A stretch of 64,000 nt of DNA from assembly GCA_965237525.1 (NCBI GenBank), contig CBDEFO010000008.1:1024001-1088000 (forward strand), read 5' to 3'. Positions 63,301-64,000 of the stretch are shown here, piece after piece. The notes under the pieces were generated by a model. It had not been told where the DNA came from, did not search any database, and saw only the letters and a list, made by a program, of their open reading frames with translations. The number at the start of each line of letters is the position of its first letter. Position 1 is the first letter of the stretch. Position numbers and translations under genes: made by a program. Source of the stretch: Candidatus Latescibacterota bacterium (lineage in GTDB: Bacteria > Latescibacterota > CBDEFO01).

Positions 63301-63729
63301 GAGACAGGCCGAAAGACATATAAGCCCTTCTGAGTATTCTCTCAGGATCTCTTTATCGACTCTCGGGTGGTAGTAGAAACCTTCCAGATAGGCTGCTGAG
63401 ACTATCTTCATAAGGTTTTTGTAGCCCTTGTTGTTTTTGGCTAAGAGGACGAGGTGATTGGCTCCGTCCTTTATGCCCATAACCTCTCTTCTGCTATTCA
63501 TCCCCTCGATTGCGACGTAGACTTCGCAGCCGATTATGGGTTTTATGCCTTTTTCCTTAACTTTCTTGTAGAACTCCACGGCTCCGAACATGTTTCCGTG
63601 ATCGGTGATGGCGATGGCGGGCATTCCGAAGTCTGATGCTCGCTGAGCCATATCCTCGATTTTGACGGCACCGTCCAGAAGGCTGTACATGGTATGGTTG
63701 TGCAGATGAACAAAACCGGCTAATGGCAT
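60307..63729 (-). CDS. dnaE: DNA polymerase III subunit alpha
   Basis: FVHLHNH..YSLLDG, TDHGN, GRGSGA, FERFLN.ER..MPDFDIDF, KMDFLGL, YAFNRAH, OB fold. Confidence 0.98.
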   Translation of the reverse strand: MPLAGFVHLHNHTMYSLLDGAVKIEDMAQRASDFGMPAIAITDHGNMFGAVEFYKKVKEKGIKPIIGCEVYVAIEGMNSRREVMGIKDGANHLVLLAKNNKGYKNLMKIVSAAYLEGFYYHPRVDKEILREYSEGLICLSACLKGELPYLISMNRPEKAKEAASKYLEIFGEGNYYIELQRHGIKEQGEANPILIEISKELGIPLVATNDAHYLQQDHTSMHDVLICIQTGKTIEDEKRMKFITDQVYLKSPEEMHDLFSDVPEAVENTVQIAEKCDVEIELGRLHLPAYPLPQGYDFPEKYLEDLAREGLQKRYDEIMPQVEERFNIEMDIIKKTDYAGYFLIVADYVRYALENGIRVGYGRGSGAASIVAYALGITGIDPIKYDLIFERFLNLERIEMPDFDIDFSDKDKIISYVTGKYSSDSVCQVITFGTMAAKGVVRDVGRAMGIPYSEVDRIAKLIPNELGITLEGALKSVPELKAMEKSDGPQAELIHYAKFLEGLARHASVHAAAVIIVPGKLTDYVPLYKSPKGDKITTQYDMDICKDLGLLKMDFLGLKELSLQDNVVKMVSEYTPDFDIEKIPLDDKNTYELFGRGDTWGVFQFESQGMRESLRKLKPDNIEDLIAMNALYRPGPMAYIPDYIARKHGMVRIEYDHPLLEPVLKDTYGVIVYQEQVLRIARDLAGFTLGEADMLRAAMSKKKMEIMEKQKGKFFEGCEKKGVEPKIAEKIYNDIAVFSGYAFNRAHAACYAVMAYQNAYLKANYPKEFMAGSLTNDMSDSDKMALMIEECKRIGIELLPPDINESQADFTVTEEGVRFGLAALKNVGRGAADAIVQAIKRVGKFETIFDFCETVDLRTVNRRAIESLIRAGATDSIEGHRAQLMQSLDTAIESAQFAQDQRAKGQISLFDNNQMTAGRTGKRILPPVEEWTETQMLEKEKEVLGFFMSGHPLKKYEDQLNALIAHPSDTLPQLSKGAPVKIGGIITDVRRNTDKKGAQMAFITLEDLKGSVDVVAFSETYGKYSSLIEPDKLVIIKGRMSPNGNKSVQAEEFVVLDEALKGKVKTVNLSIPFELVERGKLMELRKLCEMYSGECDILIHLEDEGNSKSVIRSRTVTVSPSSDLIAALKSRLGEDRVWMK

Positions 63730-63922
63730 GAGGCTCCTCCGAATCGCTCCAAAGATAAAGGTGTTAGAGTGAAAGAGTATAGCTCAAAAAGGGGTGTTTC
63801 AGGAAAGATGACATCTCCCTGACACGGGAAGACATTACATTCATACAGAACTTGTACTTGTTTAACTTATCGGGGAGATTAGGTTTAATTCAAAGGGGAA
63901 AGGGGATCTTTTTGTGGTAGTA

Positions 63923-63951
63923 AACATAATTCATATCACACGAAATGTCAA
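63923..63951 (-). promoter_or_regulatory. sigma70-type promoter upstream of dnaE
   Basis: Minus strand TTGACA-N17-TATGTT. Confidence 0.5.
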
Positions 63952-64000
63952 CCCCCCATTTCAGAATTTTCGGGTCGATTATGGGAGAGAATTTCCTAAG

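Noticed and set aside
60307..63729. Intein or split in dnaE
   Set aside because: 1140 aa is normal length and motifs are contiguous.
1..64000. Numerous antisense or overlapping short ORFs in the six-frame track
   Set aside because: Shadows of well-supported genes with no family motifs.

Overview
Bacterial chromosomal window with no rRNA, tRNA or CRISPR array detected. The gene mix (dockerin/EF-hand-tailed TolB-like protein, DUF2723-TPR, many PhyH dioxygenases) is suggestive of a Latescibacterota/FCB-like lineage, but this is inference only. Positions 1-18 kb hold a catabolic enzyme island with tandem paralog pairs and a DHDPS-family pseudogene. Positions 18-44 kb hold an IS481-like element, HDOD and atypical sigma-54-activator-like genes, lon (with a sigma-54 promoter), an RNase HII-YraN fusion, rpsT, an MNT-HEPN fusion and an msbA-like ABC transporter. 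The most striking locus is at 45-52.5 kb: a Cas4/AddB-like PD-(D/E)XK nuclease fused to five capped, internally shuffled internalin-like LRR modules (~34 LRRs). It carries a frameshift and an IS insertion with a 6-bp TSD, and is followed by a second LRR gene with a nonsense codon. Positions 53-64 kb hold a SelA-like PLP enzyme, an MFS transporter, a frameshifted exported truncated haemoglobin, a TolB-like protein, larB, dusB and dnaE. Non-coding highlights are a 21-bp palindrome (CCCCGATAGATTCAATCGGGG, ~12 copies) with filled/empty-site evidence of mobility, a ~240-bp MITE present twice in inverted orientation, and a candidate ECF-sigma-driven sRNA downstream of rpsT. All product calls come from motif recognition by eye; no database searches were run.
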